Part shown: positions 1 to 9,300 of the stretch, piece after piece
How positions within the stretch are numbered: the stretch's first letter is position 1
Layout of the letters: every line of letters begins with the position of its first letter
Assembly (NCBI GenBank): GCA_965649295.1
Contig: CBFGKH010000001.1
Location: 224,001-288,000 of the forward strand
DNA: 64,000 nucleotides
DNA from: a candidate division WOR-3 bacterium
GTDB taxonomy: Bacteria > Hydrothermota > Tepidihabitantia > Tepidihabitantales > Tepidihabitantaceae
Reading direction: 5' to 3'
Translations under genes and position numbers: made by a program
The notes under the pieces: model-generated
What the model was told of the DNA's origin: nothing
Database searches by the model: none
Seen by the model: the letters and a program-made list of their open reading frames with translations, nothing else

Positions 1-101
1 TTGATCTCAAACCCCATCGCCTGGTAGTCTTTGTGCTCAATGTCGCGGAGGATGTGGTCAAACTCCTCCAACGAGCGGAGCACCTCGACCTTTGGGTTCA
101 T
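1..101 (-). CDS. Partial CDS running off the window edge (MNPKVEVLRSLEEFDHILRDIEHKDYQAMGFEI...), hypothetical, possibly a coiled-coil/zinc-ribbon protein
   Basis: ATG overlaps the EIIA stop codon (ATGA coupling at 98-101); frame open to the window edge. Confidence 0.55.
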   Translation of the reverse strand, partial: MNPKVEVLRSLEEFDHILRDIEHKDYQAMGFEI

Positions 102-556
102 CTTATCTTCTCCTCCAGTGTGCGGATAAGCTCAATCATCTCTTCCGGGGTCTGAGGGTCAAAGAGCCGCTTCCGTTTGGTCAGTTCCTGACAGACCATT
201 GCGACCCGGCCGAGAGTGATAAGATACTGATTGCCGGGATCCTGCGGTGGCGCCATGATAAGAAAGAAAAGGTGAGCCGGCTTCTTGTCAATCGAATCGT
301 AATCTACGCCCTTGGTCGAACGGCCGACTGCCATTTCCAGCTTGTCAATCAGTAGCGACCGACCATGAGGGATGGCGATACCCTTGCCGATGCCAGTCGA
401 ACCCAGTTCTTCGCGCTTGAGCAGCGTCTGCTGGAGCAACTCGGCCTCATCGCCCTGACGGATAGCTAGCACCAGTTCGCGCAATACCTCGGGCTTCTTC
501 TTGGCCTTGAGATCAAGATTGATGCGCTCCGGACGCAATAATGACGTTAGATTCAA
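98..556 (-). CDS. PTS EIIA (Ntr/Fru-type) domain protein, PtsN-like
   Basis: RE-x-GSTGIGKGIAIPHGR motif with phospho-His; TTG start at 556 preceded by GGAGG and overlapping the rsfS stop. Confidence 0.85.
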   Translation of the reverse strand: MNLTSLLRPERINLDLKAKKKPEVLRELVLAIRQGDEAELLQQTLLKREELGSTGIGKGIAIPHGRSLLIDKLEMAVGRSTKGVDYDSIDKKPAHLFFLIMAPPQDPGNQYLITLGRVAMVCQELTKRKRLFDPQTPEEMIELIRTLEEKIR

Positions 557-957
557 ATAGCACCTCCCGGTTGCCGGCGCGACCGAGCGTCGGCCCTGTT
601 TTGAGCTTGAACCGCGGCACCGAATGTCTGACGTGGCACGTCTCCCCAAAGTCGTTCGAGGCCGTAATACTCACGCACGTCAGCCAGTAGAATATGCACG
701 ACCACGTCGAAGTAGTCAAGCAGAATCCAATGACCGAGCTCGATGCCCTCAATGTGATGTGGCCGCTGCCCAGCTTGCCGAAGTCGCCGCGCCAGCTCTT
801 CGGCCAGCGCCTGCGCGTGTACCGTTGAACTGGCCGTGACGAGCACAAACCAATCGGCCAGCGGTGAGTGCCGCCGCAGGTCGAGCATCACTACGTCCTC
901 GCCGTGCAGCTCCTCAGCAACCGTGCCGGCCAGCCGCGCCAGTGCCTCGCTGTCCAT
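553..957 (-). CDS. rsfS: Ribosome silencing factor RsfS (Iojap)
   Basis: DVVMLDLR...ADWFVLVTASS...WILLDYFDVVVHI...REYYGLERLWGD matches the RsfS family pattern. Confidence 0.9.
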   Translation of the reverse strand: MDSEALARLAGTVAEELHGEDVVMLDLRRHSPLADWFVLVTASSTVHAQALAEELARRLRQAGQRPHHIEGIELGHWILLDYFDVVVHILLADVREYYGLERLWGDVPRQTFGAAVQAQNRADARSRRQPGGAI

Positions 958-964
958 TGCTGCC

Positions 965-1417
965 CTAATACAACGGTATCACCTTCGGGAAAAAGACGCG
1001 GTAGTCCTTGCCCACCAGCAGCCGTATCTCCAGGTAGCGCGATGAATCAATGGCCACCTCGTGGGCCGGAACAATCCAGTGGCCATAGTAGAACCGACCG
1101 AACTGCCGCCGCACACGCAGCGACTGCGCCACTTCGGCAGCCCGACGGCCGCTTCGATCGCGAAGATCAACAACCGTGGTCTTGTCAAGAATCTTGCTGC
1201 CGGTGAGTACATTATAGACATCGTAGCCCCGCAGCTGCAGTTCGTCAGCCACCGCCCGACCGACCCGCGCCTGACCGCAACAGTTGACCACCTCCATCCG
1301 CACCGACTTGCGGTCAAACGGGTACTCATGCTCCTCGGTCAGGAATCGCCATGCCACCGATCCTGCCGCTGCCAGAATCAGCGCAACGGCGATGAGCCAC
1401 GGTAAAAAACGCCTCAT
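965..1417 (-). CDS. LytR C-terminal domain membrane protein
   Basis: N-terminal TM helix; VRMEVVNCCGQARVGRAVADELQLRGYDV and IRLLVGKDY are LytR_C hallmarks. Confidence 0.75.
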   Translation of the reverse strand: MRRFLPWLIAVALILAAAGSVAWRFLTEEHEYPFDRKSVRMEVVNCCGQARVGRAVADELQLRGYDVYNVLTGSKILDKTTVVDLRDRSGRRAAEVAQSLRVRRQFGRFYYGHWIVPAHEVAIDSSRYLEIRLLVGKDYRVFFPKVIPLY

Positions 1418-2151
1418 CCACTCGCTACTGCTGCCCGCCGGATCAACTCCTGCTCGATTACCGCCAGTTGCTCCGGCGTGTTGGCCCCGAGCATCTCACT
1501 GGGGTCGTCGGCCAGCACCGCTACCGCCGAACCACCTGCAGACCGAACCTCGGCCACCAGATCGGTCAGATACAACTCGCCCGAAACCGAACTAGGACGA
1601 ATCCGCTCCAATGCCGGTAGCACCTCGCCCCAGCAGAAGGCATACGCTCCCGAGTTGACCTCGCTGATTCGACGCACTTCAGCCGTGGCATCTCGTTCCT
1701 CAACTATACACTCGACAAAGTCTCCCTCACCCCGGATTATCCGACCATAGCCAGTCGGGTCCGCCAGTCGGGCGGTGAAGACCGCCACGGTTGCTCTCGC
1801 CAACCGTCGCTGTTCGACCAGTCGGCGAACTGTCGCCGGCCGTACCAGCGGCGCATCGCCACAGAGCACAACACACTCTTCATCCCAAGCTAGCAGCGAC
1901 CGACACGAGAGCACCGCATCAGCCGTTCCTTTCGGCTCGGCCTGGATGGCGTATTCGATTCCGGTCGGAAAGGCAGCCAATATCGCTTCGCGACTGGGCC
2001 CAACTACCAGCACAATCCGACGCGCTCCGGCTGCCCGGGCTGTCTGGATCACATAGCTAACGAGCGGACGACCCTGCACCGGCAAGAGCACCTTGGGGAT
2101 GCCAGTGCCCATCCGCTTGCTCATGCCGGCAGCCAGAATGATTGCCGTCAT
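1414..2151 (-). CDS. Sugar nucleotidyltransferase, GlmU N-terminal (uridyltransferase) domain only
   Basis: IILAAGMSKRM..PKVL, Q-x-EPKGTADAV, GDAPL, PTGYGRIIR, EVNSGAY, ELYLTD; no hexapeptide acetyltransferase domain. Start could be 2172. Confidence 0.85.
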   Translation of the reverse strand: MTAIILAAGMSKRMGTGIPKVLLPVQGRPLVSYVIQTARAAGARRIVLVVGPSREAILAAFPTGIEYAIQAEPKGTADAVLSCRSLLAWDEECVVLCGDAPLVRPATVRRLVEQRRLARATVAVFTARLADPTGYGRIIRGEGDFVECIVEERDATAEVRRISEVNSGAYAFCWGEVLPALERIRPSSVSGELYLTDLVAEVRSAGGSAVAVLADDPSEMLGANTPEQLAVIEQELIRRAAVASG

Positions 2152-2289
2152 TGCCTGACAGCGAGCGGCCATTCCGCCCTGACTAAAGCCAGCGGCAGCC
2201 TGACAGTTCGTGTCAGGCTGCCTTGGTATCTTATCCGGTTGTCGGCTGTTGCCAGTTGCCGCAGCATCGGGTTGCGGCAGCAGGAGTCA

Positions 2290-2748
2290 CTACTTGGCGG
2301 CCGGCTTCTTTTCCGGCTTAGCCGGCTTGGGCTTGCGACCACCTTTTTCCTTGGCCGCGGCTGCTCGGGCTGCTTTCTCCTTGTGCCGCTCTTCTCGGAC
2401 AACGAGTTCGAGAATCGCCATCTCGGCACCGTCGCCGTCGCGTGGCCCAAGTTTGAGAATTCGGGTATAGCCTCCGGGCCGATCGATAAACCGCGGGCCA
2501 ATGACTGTAAACAGCTTCTTAATAAGTGACTTGTCGTCAACGAACTTGGCCACCTGGCGGCGGGCCGCCAAAGTTCCTTGCTTGGCAAAGCCGATGAGCC
2601 GTTCGGCATATCGCCGCGCTTCCTTGGCTTTGGGTAGCGTCGTCCGTATTCGCTCATAGGTAAAGAGCTGGGCAACGAGATTGCGCAGCATTGCCCGGCG
2701 ATGTTCCTTGGTACGACCGAGTTTCTTGACCGAATCGGCGTGACGCAC
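2290..2748 (-). CDS. rplQ: 50S ribosomal protein L17
   Basis: MRH..KKLGRTKEHRRAMLRNL, RPGGYTRILK, RDGDGAEMAILELV; Lys/Pro/Ala-rich tail. Confidence 0.97.
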   Translation of the reverse strand: MRHADSVKKLGRTKEHRRAMLRNLVAQLFTYERIRTTLPKAKEARRYAERLIGFAKQGTLAARRQVAKFVDDKSLIKKLFTVIGPRFIDRPGGYTRILKLGPRDGDGAEMAILELVVREERHKEKAARAAAAKEKGGRKPKPAKPEKKPAAK

Positions 2749-2751
2749 GGC

Positions 2752-3786
2752 CTACTCCTTCTCCGGTTCGGGCTCGTGCTCGGGCAGTGGCAAACCAGCC
2801 AGGTCCATCCCCAGTGACAGACCGAGGTCTTCGAGCACCTTCTTCAACTCTTCAAGCGACTTGCGGCCGAAATTCTCGATATCGAGCATGTCCTTCTCGG
2901 TTTTCATCACGAGGTCAGCGATGGTCTTGATGGCAATCCGCTCGCCAGTTCGTTTCGAGCGCCCCTTGACCAAGCAGTTGAGCGCTCGGTTAGATAGCTC
3001 CAGCTCCTCGACCGACTGGTTGAGCAGCTCAATCAGTTTGTCACGGTCGCGATAGAGCTTCTCTTCCTCGATGAACTCCGGTTCCTTTTCCGCCGGCACC
3101 AGCACCGCCATGTGGTTCTTCAGAATCGTGCCTGACTGAATCATCGCCTCATCCGGCCGGACGGTTCCGTCAGTCCAGACCTCTAGTACCAGCCGCTCGA
3201 AATCGGTCCGGTCGAGTACTCGCATCGACTCGACCCAGTAGTTCACCCGTTTGACTGGCGAGAAGAACGCATCGAGGAAAATCGTATTCTCCGGCGCGGT
3301 CCGGTTCTTCTTCAATCGCTCCGCCTTGACATAGCCGCGGCCGTTCTCGACAAGGAGCTCGATGTTGACCGAGCGTTTGGCGTCGGCAATCGTCAGAATC
3401 TTCTGTTCAGGATTGGCGATAACAATCTCCGGCGGCACCGTCAGGTCGCGGGCCGCAAACTCACGCTTGCCCGCGGCCCGTAGGTAGCACATCCGCGGCG
3501 TCTCCGACCAAAGCCGCAGCCGCAGTTTCTTCAGGTTGAGAACAATCTCAGCAACGTCCTCGACCACGTCGTCAATCGTCTCGAACTCGTGGGCCACACC
3601 GTCAATCCGCATCTCGGTAATCGCCGCACCCTGCACCGACGACAAAAGCGCCCGGCGCAAGCAGGTCCCCATCGTTGCGCCCCAACCTTTTTCCAGCGGC
3701 GCCAGGGTGAAGCGACCATAGGAGTCAGTGGCGGTCGTGGTGTCGAGCTCAATCTTCTCCGGCAGAACAAAGGGTTTGAGCTTCAT
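2752..3786 (-). CDS. rpoA: RNA polymerase alpha subunit
   Basis: PLEKGWGATMGTCLRRALLSS, DAFFSPV, CTD LELSNRALNCL...NFGRKSLEE; alpha-operon position. Confidence 0.97.
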   Translation of the reverse strand: MKLKPFVLPEKIELDTTTATDSYGRFTLAPLEKGWGATMGTCLRRALLSSVQGAAITEMRIDGVAHEFETIDDVVEDVAEIVLNLKKLRLRLWSETPRMCYLRAAGKREFAARDLTVPPEIVIANPEQKILTIADAKRSVNIELLVENGRGYVKAERLKKNRTAPENTIFLDAFFSPVKRVNYWVESMRVLDRTDFERLVLEVWTDGTVRPDEAMIQSGTILKNHMAVLVPAEKEPEFIEEEKLYRDRDKLIELLNQSVEELELSNRALNCLVKGRSKRTGERIAIKTIADLVMKTEKDMLDIENFGRKSLEELKKVLEDLGLSLGMDLAGLPLPEHEPEPEKE

Positions 3787-4397
3787 TTCGAGTACAACTC
3801 CACGATTAGCTGCGTGTTACAGGGAACATCCTTGACATCTTCCGGCGTCGGGACACGCAACACCGTCCCCTTGCCAGCACCGGCTTCAAGCTGCAGCCAA
3901 GGAGCGCTCGGTGCATCATGTTTGGCGAGAATCGGCCCAATCATCTTCAGGCTATTCTCGTTGCGGATACCGATTACTTCACCTGCCTTTACCTGATACG
4001 ACGGGATATTGATTCGTCGGCCGTTGACGGTGATGTGACCGTGGCGCACGAACTGCCGCGCTTGCGTGCGCGAGTCGGCAAAACCCAGCCGATAGACGAC
4101 GTTGTCCAGCCGTCGCTCAAGCATGATAACCAAACTCGCCGCGGTGTTACGGGTCTTAGCCGCCTTCTCAAAATAGTTGTGGAACTGCGTCTCCAGCACG
4201 CCGTACATCATCCGCAGCTTCTGCTTCTCGCGCAACTGAATTGAGTAAGCAGAGACCCGCCGTCGGCCCCTGGCCTCCGGCTCCTCACCGCGCTTCATCA
4301 GCACACACTTGTCGGAAAGACACTTGTCGCCGCGTAGAAAGAGTTTCTCACGCGACTTACGGCAACGCTTGCACTTCGGTCCGATGTATCTTGCCAT
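3783..4397 (-). CDS. rpsD: 30S ribosomal protein S4 (Zn-binding Cys form)
   Basis: MARYIGPKCKRCR, QLREKQKLR, LERRLDNVVYRLGFA, LIVELYSK. Confidence 0.97.
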   Translation of the reverse strand: MARYIGPKCKRCRKSREKLFLRGDKCLSDKCVLMKRGEEPEARGRRRVSAYSIQLREKQKLRMMYGVLETQFHNYFEKAAKTRNTAASLVIMLERRLDNVVYRLGFADSRTQARQFVRHGHITVNGRRINIPSYQVKAGEVIGIRNENSLKMIGPILAKHDAPSAPWLQLEAGAGKGTVLRVPTPEDVKDVPCNTQLIVELYSK

Positions 4398-4419
4398 CCT
4401 ATCCCCTGCTCACTTCCGG

Positions 4420-4794
4420 CTAGACCCGGCGCTGCTTGCGTGGCCGGCAGCCATTGTGCGGAATCGGTGTGATGTCACGGATCGACGTGATATCGAGCCC
4501 GGCGTTCTGCAGCGACCGAATTGCCGCCTCACGTCCCGGACCCGGCCCGCTGACCAGCACCTCAATCTTGCGCACGCCGAGTGCCGACGCTTCCTTGGCC
4601 GCCGCCTCCGCGCACTGGCCCGCGGCAAACGGCGTCCCCTTCTTCGATCCCTTGAAGCCGACCCGACCTGCCGAAGACCAGGAAATCACCGCACCAGTCG
4701 GATCGGCAATGGTAACAATTGTATTGTTGAACGACGTCGTGACGTGGGCCACGCAGAGTGGCGGCACCTTGCGACGGACTGACTTACGCGCCAT
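4420..4794 (-). CDS. rpsK: 30S ribosomal protein S11
   Basis: [34 protein letters not shown]. Confidence 0.97.
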   Translation of the reverse strand: MARKSVRRKVPPLCVAHVTTSFNNTIVTIADPTGAVISWSSAGRVGFKGSKKGTPFAAGQCAEAAAKEASALGVRKIEVLVSGPGPGREAAIRSLQNAGLDITSIRDITPIPHNGCRPRKQRRV

Positions 4795-4796
4795 CG

Positions 4797-5201
4797 CTAC
4801 TTACCTCCTGCCGGTTTGGCCGGAGCCGCCGCTTTCACCTTCAGCACACCCGACGTCTTACGCGGCCCCTTGCGGGTACGCGCGTTGGTTCGTGTGCGCT
4901 GACCGCGCACCGGCAGCCGCGCCTTGTGCCGGAGGCCCCGATAGGCACCAATCTCAATGTACCGCTTGATATTCGCCGACACCTCAGCCCGGAGTTCGCC
5001 CTCGACCTTGTAGCCGCTCTCAATCTCCTTCCGGATCGCCGCCACCTCGTCGTCGGAAAGCTCCCGAGTCCGACGATTCGGGTCAATTCCGGTTGCAGCC
5101 AGAATCTTGCGCGCCGAGTGCAGGCCGATGCCGTAAATGTGCGGCAGCGCATAAAGAATCTTCTTGTTGTCGGGCAGGTCAATACCCGCAATACGAGCCA
5201 C
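4797..5201 (-). CDS. rpsM: 30S ribosomal protein S13
   Basis: [36 protein letters not shown] start after AGGAGG. Confidence 0.97.
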   Translation of the reverse strand: MARIAGIDLPDNKKILYALPHIYGIGLHSARKILAATGIDPNRRTRELSDDEVAAIRKEIESGYKVEGELRAEVSANIKRYIEIGAYRGLRHKARLPVRGQRTRTNARTRKGPRKTSGVLKVKAAAPAKPAGGK

Positions 5202-5258
5202 TTATCCTCCTGTGATTGCCAGTGTCAAAGGATAAAATCAGCCTAGTCTAAGCCGATA

Positions 5259-5286
5259 CTTATAACAGATTGGCCCGCGTTGTCAA
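5259..5286 (-). promoter_or_regulatory. Sigma70-type promoter for the alpha operon
   Basis: TTGACA-16 bp-TATAAG on the minus strand upstream of rpsM. Confidence 0.6.
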
Positions 5287-5297
5287 CATCTGACGCC

Positions 5298-5329
5298 AAA
5301 AACCGGGGCGGGCAGCGCTGCCCGCCCCG
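5298..5329 (-). terminator. Rho-independent terminator of the RRM gene
   Basis: 26-bp GC palindrome cggggcgggcagc/gctgcccgccccg followed by a T5 tract on the minus strand. Confidence 0.75.
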
Positions 5330-5353
5330 AGACTGCCCTTGCGGGCCAGACCC

Positions 5354-5662
5354 TTACCAGCGATTGCCGGAGGGCCGACGCTCGCCGCCGCCGCGCGGGC
5401 CACGACCGCCCTCAGTGCGGGCGCGGGCCTCGTTAACGGTCAGGGGCCGACCTTCCATCTGGTACTGGTTGAGAGCGGCGATAGCGGCGTTGGCAGCATC
5501 GTCGTTGGCCATCTCGACAAAAGCGAACCCACGGGAACGCTCAGTGAAACGATCCTTGACGATCTCAGCCGACGTGACCTCACCATGCTGCGCAAACAAG
5601 TCACGCAGTTGCTCTTCGGTTGCGCTGAAGGGAAGATTCCCTACGAATATGCGCTTACCCAT
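5354..5662 (-). CDS. RRM (RNP-1) RNA-binding protein
   Basis: RNP2 IFVGNL, RNP1 RGFAFVEM, LTVNEAR and Gly/Arg tail. Confidence 0.95.
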   Translation of the reverse strand: MGKRIFVGNLPFSATEEQLRDLFAQHGEVTSAEIVKDRFTERSRGFAFVEMANDDAANAAIAALNQYQMEGRPLTVNEARARTEGGRGPRGGGERRPSGNRW

Positions 5663-5945
5663 GCTAACGTTACCTCCGGACAGTTACGCTTGGGAATCGC
5701 TGAAGGCTCGGGGCGGACGGACAGAACGCAGACCGGCCGGACACGGACCTCTCACTACCTCAAGCAATTCGGAACCGCTAATCTTCTCGCCGGCTAGCCG
5801 GTTCCATCGCTAACCGACGCAATATCGTAATCAAAAGCACCTTGCTGTCAAGCCCTGCCACAACATAAAGCGATAGTAACACGCGACCGCACCCAGCTAG
5901 ACCAAGAACTGATTGCGCTGACACCAACGAAACTCTTTTGGCGGT

Positions 5946-6264
5946 GGTCTTGGGCAGCGCCACCTGGCGGCCCGGCCGAGGCCCAATCAGCAGCAGCCCA
6001 AGAGACAGCTACAAAGACACCTGGCCAGTCACCGTACTAAACTCACCATATGATACTCACGCGAACGCAACCCAAAGCCCGTTGCCAAACAAACGGGCCA
6101 GCATCATGCCAGGGAGCTATCACCAGAGCGACGGAAAGCTCTAGAGAGGCATCTATTAGAACATGCTCTCCAGCTGAGCCCGAGATAGTCTCGGGAACGA
6201 CTCCCGGAACGGTAGGGTGGTAGGGGCAACAATTCATCATATCCCATTAGCATCTGCGAACTTA
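5946..6264. repeat. Degenerate 12-bp-periodic intergenic array A with terminal 25-bp motif
   Basis: 22 consecutive 12-mers (5946-6209). By hand count 19 end in purine-purine, 15 start with C and none start with A; motif tatcccattagcatctgcgaactta at 6240-6264. Confidence 0.75.
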
Positions 6265-6296
6265 CAGCTAGTTATGACTACGCAGGTACGAAGCGT

Positions 6297-6323
6297 CGGC
6301 GGCGGGCAAGTTGCCCGCCGCCG
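6297..6323 (-). terminator. GC-rich hairpin, probable terminator of M6 protease 1
   Basis: cggcggcgggcaa-g-ttgcccgccgccg just downstream of the stop at 6347. Confidence 0.6.
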
Positions 6324-6346
6324 TGTCTAGATTATTCTGCTCTTGG

Positions 6347-9300
6347 CTATCTCTCGATCACGAGCTTCTGCGTCGCTGCCAACTGCTCACCACTCAGCTT
6401 CACCAAATAGACACCAGCCGGTAGCACACGAAGGTCCAGTGTCACCGGTCCTGTACCAAGCTGTTCCAGCCGCTGAGCAAAGACCCGCCGGCCCAGCGCA
6501 TCGTAAATCGAAAGCGTCGCCGACTGCATAAGTGGGCGAGTGGTCAGGTGCAGATGTCCAGAACTGATCGAACTAAGACCAATCGTGAATCGGAAGCCGT
6601 CACTCGCGGTTTCGCTCGCCTGCACGCCATCGCGTCGCCGGTCTGCGCCCAAGGCGCGACTGAGCGAGAACTGCCAGACATCATTTGAGTTGTTACCCTT
6701 GATGGCCACTAACACATCACCGGCGGTCGCCGCGATATCGCCACCCGACTTCACCTTGACCTTACTACGAACGACCCCAATCTGAGGCAACGTTTCAAGC
6801 TCAACCCACTGATCGACATCGGGTAGGTATTGCCAGAACTCAGTTGTGTTGCTGCCCTTCAGAGCATAGATGCGACCGCTGTACCAGGCCGCATTCGAAC
6901 CGTCACCGGCCTTACTGTTGCGACGGGTATAGCTGCTATAGAGCGGCATCCCCTGCCGCGGTACTGTGTCCCAAGTCTGCGTCAGAACATCGAACCGGTA
7001 GAAGTCACGATACTTACCCTTGTGGGCATAGATAAAACGGTTCTCATCATAAACGAGCCACGAACCCTTGTCCCATTTGGGCCGCGTGCCAGCCGGTGGC
7101 GCTGGCAGCGTCTCCCACTCACTACGAGCGACACTGTACCGCCAGAACTCGTTGGTGCCGCCCTTCAGCGCATAGACAGCGAACCCATCCGGCCCTGGCG
7201 CATAGACCAAATCGGTCCCGGCCTTGACCCGCTTTGGCCCTGGTATCGGGTCCAGCCGCTGCCAAGTATCGGTAAGCATCGAATACCGCCAGAAACCATC
7301 GGTGTTGTTACCTTTCAAAGCATAGACGTACTCAACGTTGTCCGCTGTTCCGGCCGCACCGGCGCTGACTGGTTTGCCTTCAATTCCTCGCGGCATCGTC
7401 TCGCACTCTGTCCAGCGACCAGACTGTGGCTCAAAGAAGTAGAAGTCCTGAGTCTTGTTCCCTTTGGCCGCATAGACTCGCCCCAGCCCCGGCGCCGACG
7501 CCAACCAGCCACCGGCCTTGACTGCTCGGTTGGAGGGCGCTGACGGCATTGACCGGGCCGGACTCCAGCCTGGCCCAGCCGGACCAACAGCGACAACTTG
7601 GCACTCGGTGAACCGGACGTCGTTCAATGGCTGACGGTCACCAGCCAGCGCCACCGAACAGGTGACAACATGACCGCCAATCGCCAATGCCTGCCATGGC
7701 CGGAAGCTTACCGTGGCCCAGGAACCGGCTCCTAGCGAAACATGCTGGGTATCAGCATAAATACTGTCAATGGTCAGAATCACCGGGATTACTGCCGCAC
7801 TAGTACCGGCATTGGCAATCACTGCCTGAGGTATCACTGTTACGCCTGAATCATAAGCGCCGGTCGGTTCGCCCAGGGCCGCTACTGCCGCGTCAACCGT
7901 GCGCACGAAAACCGAACACCCAGCCACATCATTGGTCCGCACCAGGTCACCAACCAAAGCGGTCGAACAGCGGACTGCCGAAGGCCCGAGCGGTCGCGCC
8001 CGCCAGGAAGCAAACTCAACAGTAACCTCCTCACCCGGCCCAAGTTCGACCTGCTGGGTGTTCGCATATCCCGGCCCAATCCGCATTGTCACCGGAATAG
8101 TTGTCGTATAGCTGCCCCGATTGGCAACCCGAGCTGACGGTGTCACATATAAGTCTGCCTCGACCGTGTCAATCGGAGCAATCACCAGGCTGACCGCCGC
8201 ATCAGTCACCCGCACCACGCACTGCTTGAACCGCACGTCGTTTGCCGGCTGCCAGTCACCGGCCAGCGCCGCGCTGCAGCGCACCATCACCGTACCCCGG
8301 CCGCCTGGCAGCCAAGGATCGAAATTGACCGCGGTCTGAGCATTCGCTCCGATTGTCACTGTCTGTGTGTCGGCATAGACTCCGCCAATGGTCAGTATCA
8401 CCGGAAAGGTCTGCTGGCTCGTGCTGTTGTTCCGAACGACTGCCTGCGGCGTGACCGCAACTCCTGAGTCACAGCTCGCACCCGGCTGGACAATACTGAC
8501 TACTGCCGCATCCACGGTGCGTACCGTCACCTGCCGTTCGCGCACGTTGTTCGTATCGCACAGGTCACCGGCCAAACCCACCGAGCAACGGGCAACGTGC
8601 GTCCCGCGCTGAATCGCATACCAGTCGGCAAAAGTCACCTGGGCCTGGTCTCCTGACCCAAGCGTGATGCTCCGCGTATCAGTGTAGAACGACCCGATGC
8701 GCAGCGTCACCGGGATTGTCGCCGCCCCAGTACCGCCATTACGCACCGTGGCCCGCGGCGAGACTGTAACCCCAGAATCGTAAACACCGTTCGGCTGGTC
8801 AAGCGCGACCAGCACCGCATCAGTCACCCTAACCGTCACCGTACCGCTGAGCGAATCATTGGTATTGTCTTCGTCGCCAGCCAAGGCAGTGGTGCAGCGC
8901 ACAAGATGCTGACCGCGCTGCTGCACTGACCACGGCTCAAAACTGACCTGCATCGCTGCCGCCGGATTGAGTGCTACATTCTGGGTGTCAGCATAGAATC
9001 CGCCAATCCGCAGAATAACCGGGAAGGAGGCCGGGTTGGTTCCGCTATTGCGCACCGTGACCTTGGGCACAACCATCACCCCAGAGTCGAGTATTCCGAC
9101 TGGTTCATCAATCGAGACTACTGCTGCGTCATTAGCGTCAACCCGAACCGTGACGGCAGCACTGGCAGTGTCGTTGTCACTACGCTCATCACCGGCAAGA
9201 TTGACCGTGCAACGGGCAACGTGAGAACCGACATCTTCAGCCAGCCAAGGAGTGAAACTGACAATCCGCTCCTCAGCCGGGGCCAGTGAGGTGCTGACGG

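Noticed and set aside
5938..6144. 68-aa ORF (and 57477-57701, 18236-18457, 43508-43795) with apparent 4-residue periodicity
   Set aside because: By-products of the 12-bp arrays; no RBS, and in the cases I traced the phased pattern continues through in-frame stops.
5946..6264. Arrays as CRISPR or simple VNTRs
   Set aside because: No conserved 23-47-bp repeat with spacers, no cas genes, and units are not copies of each other.
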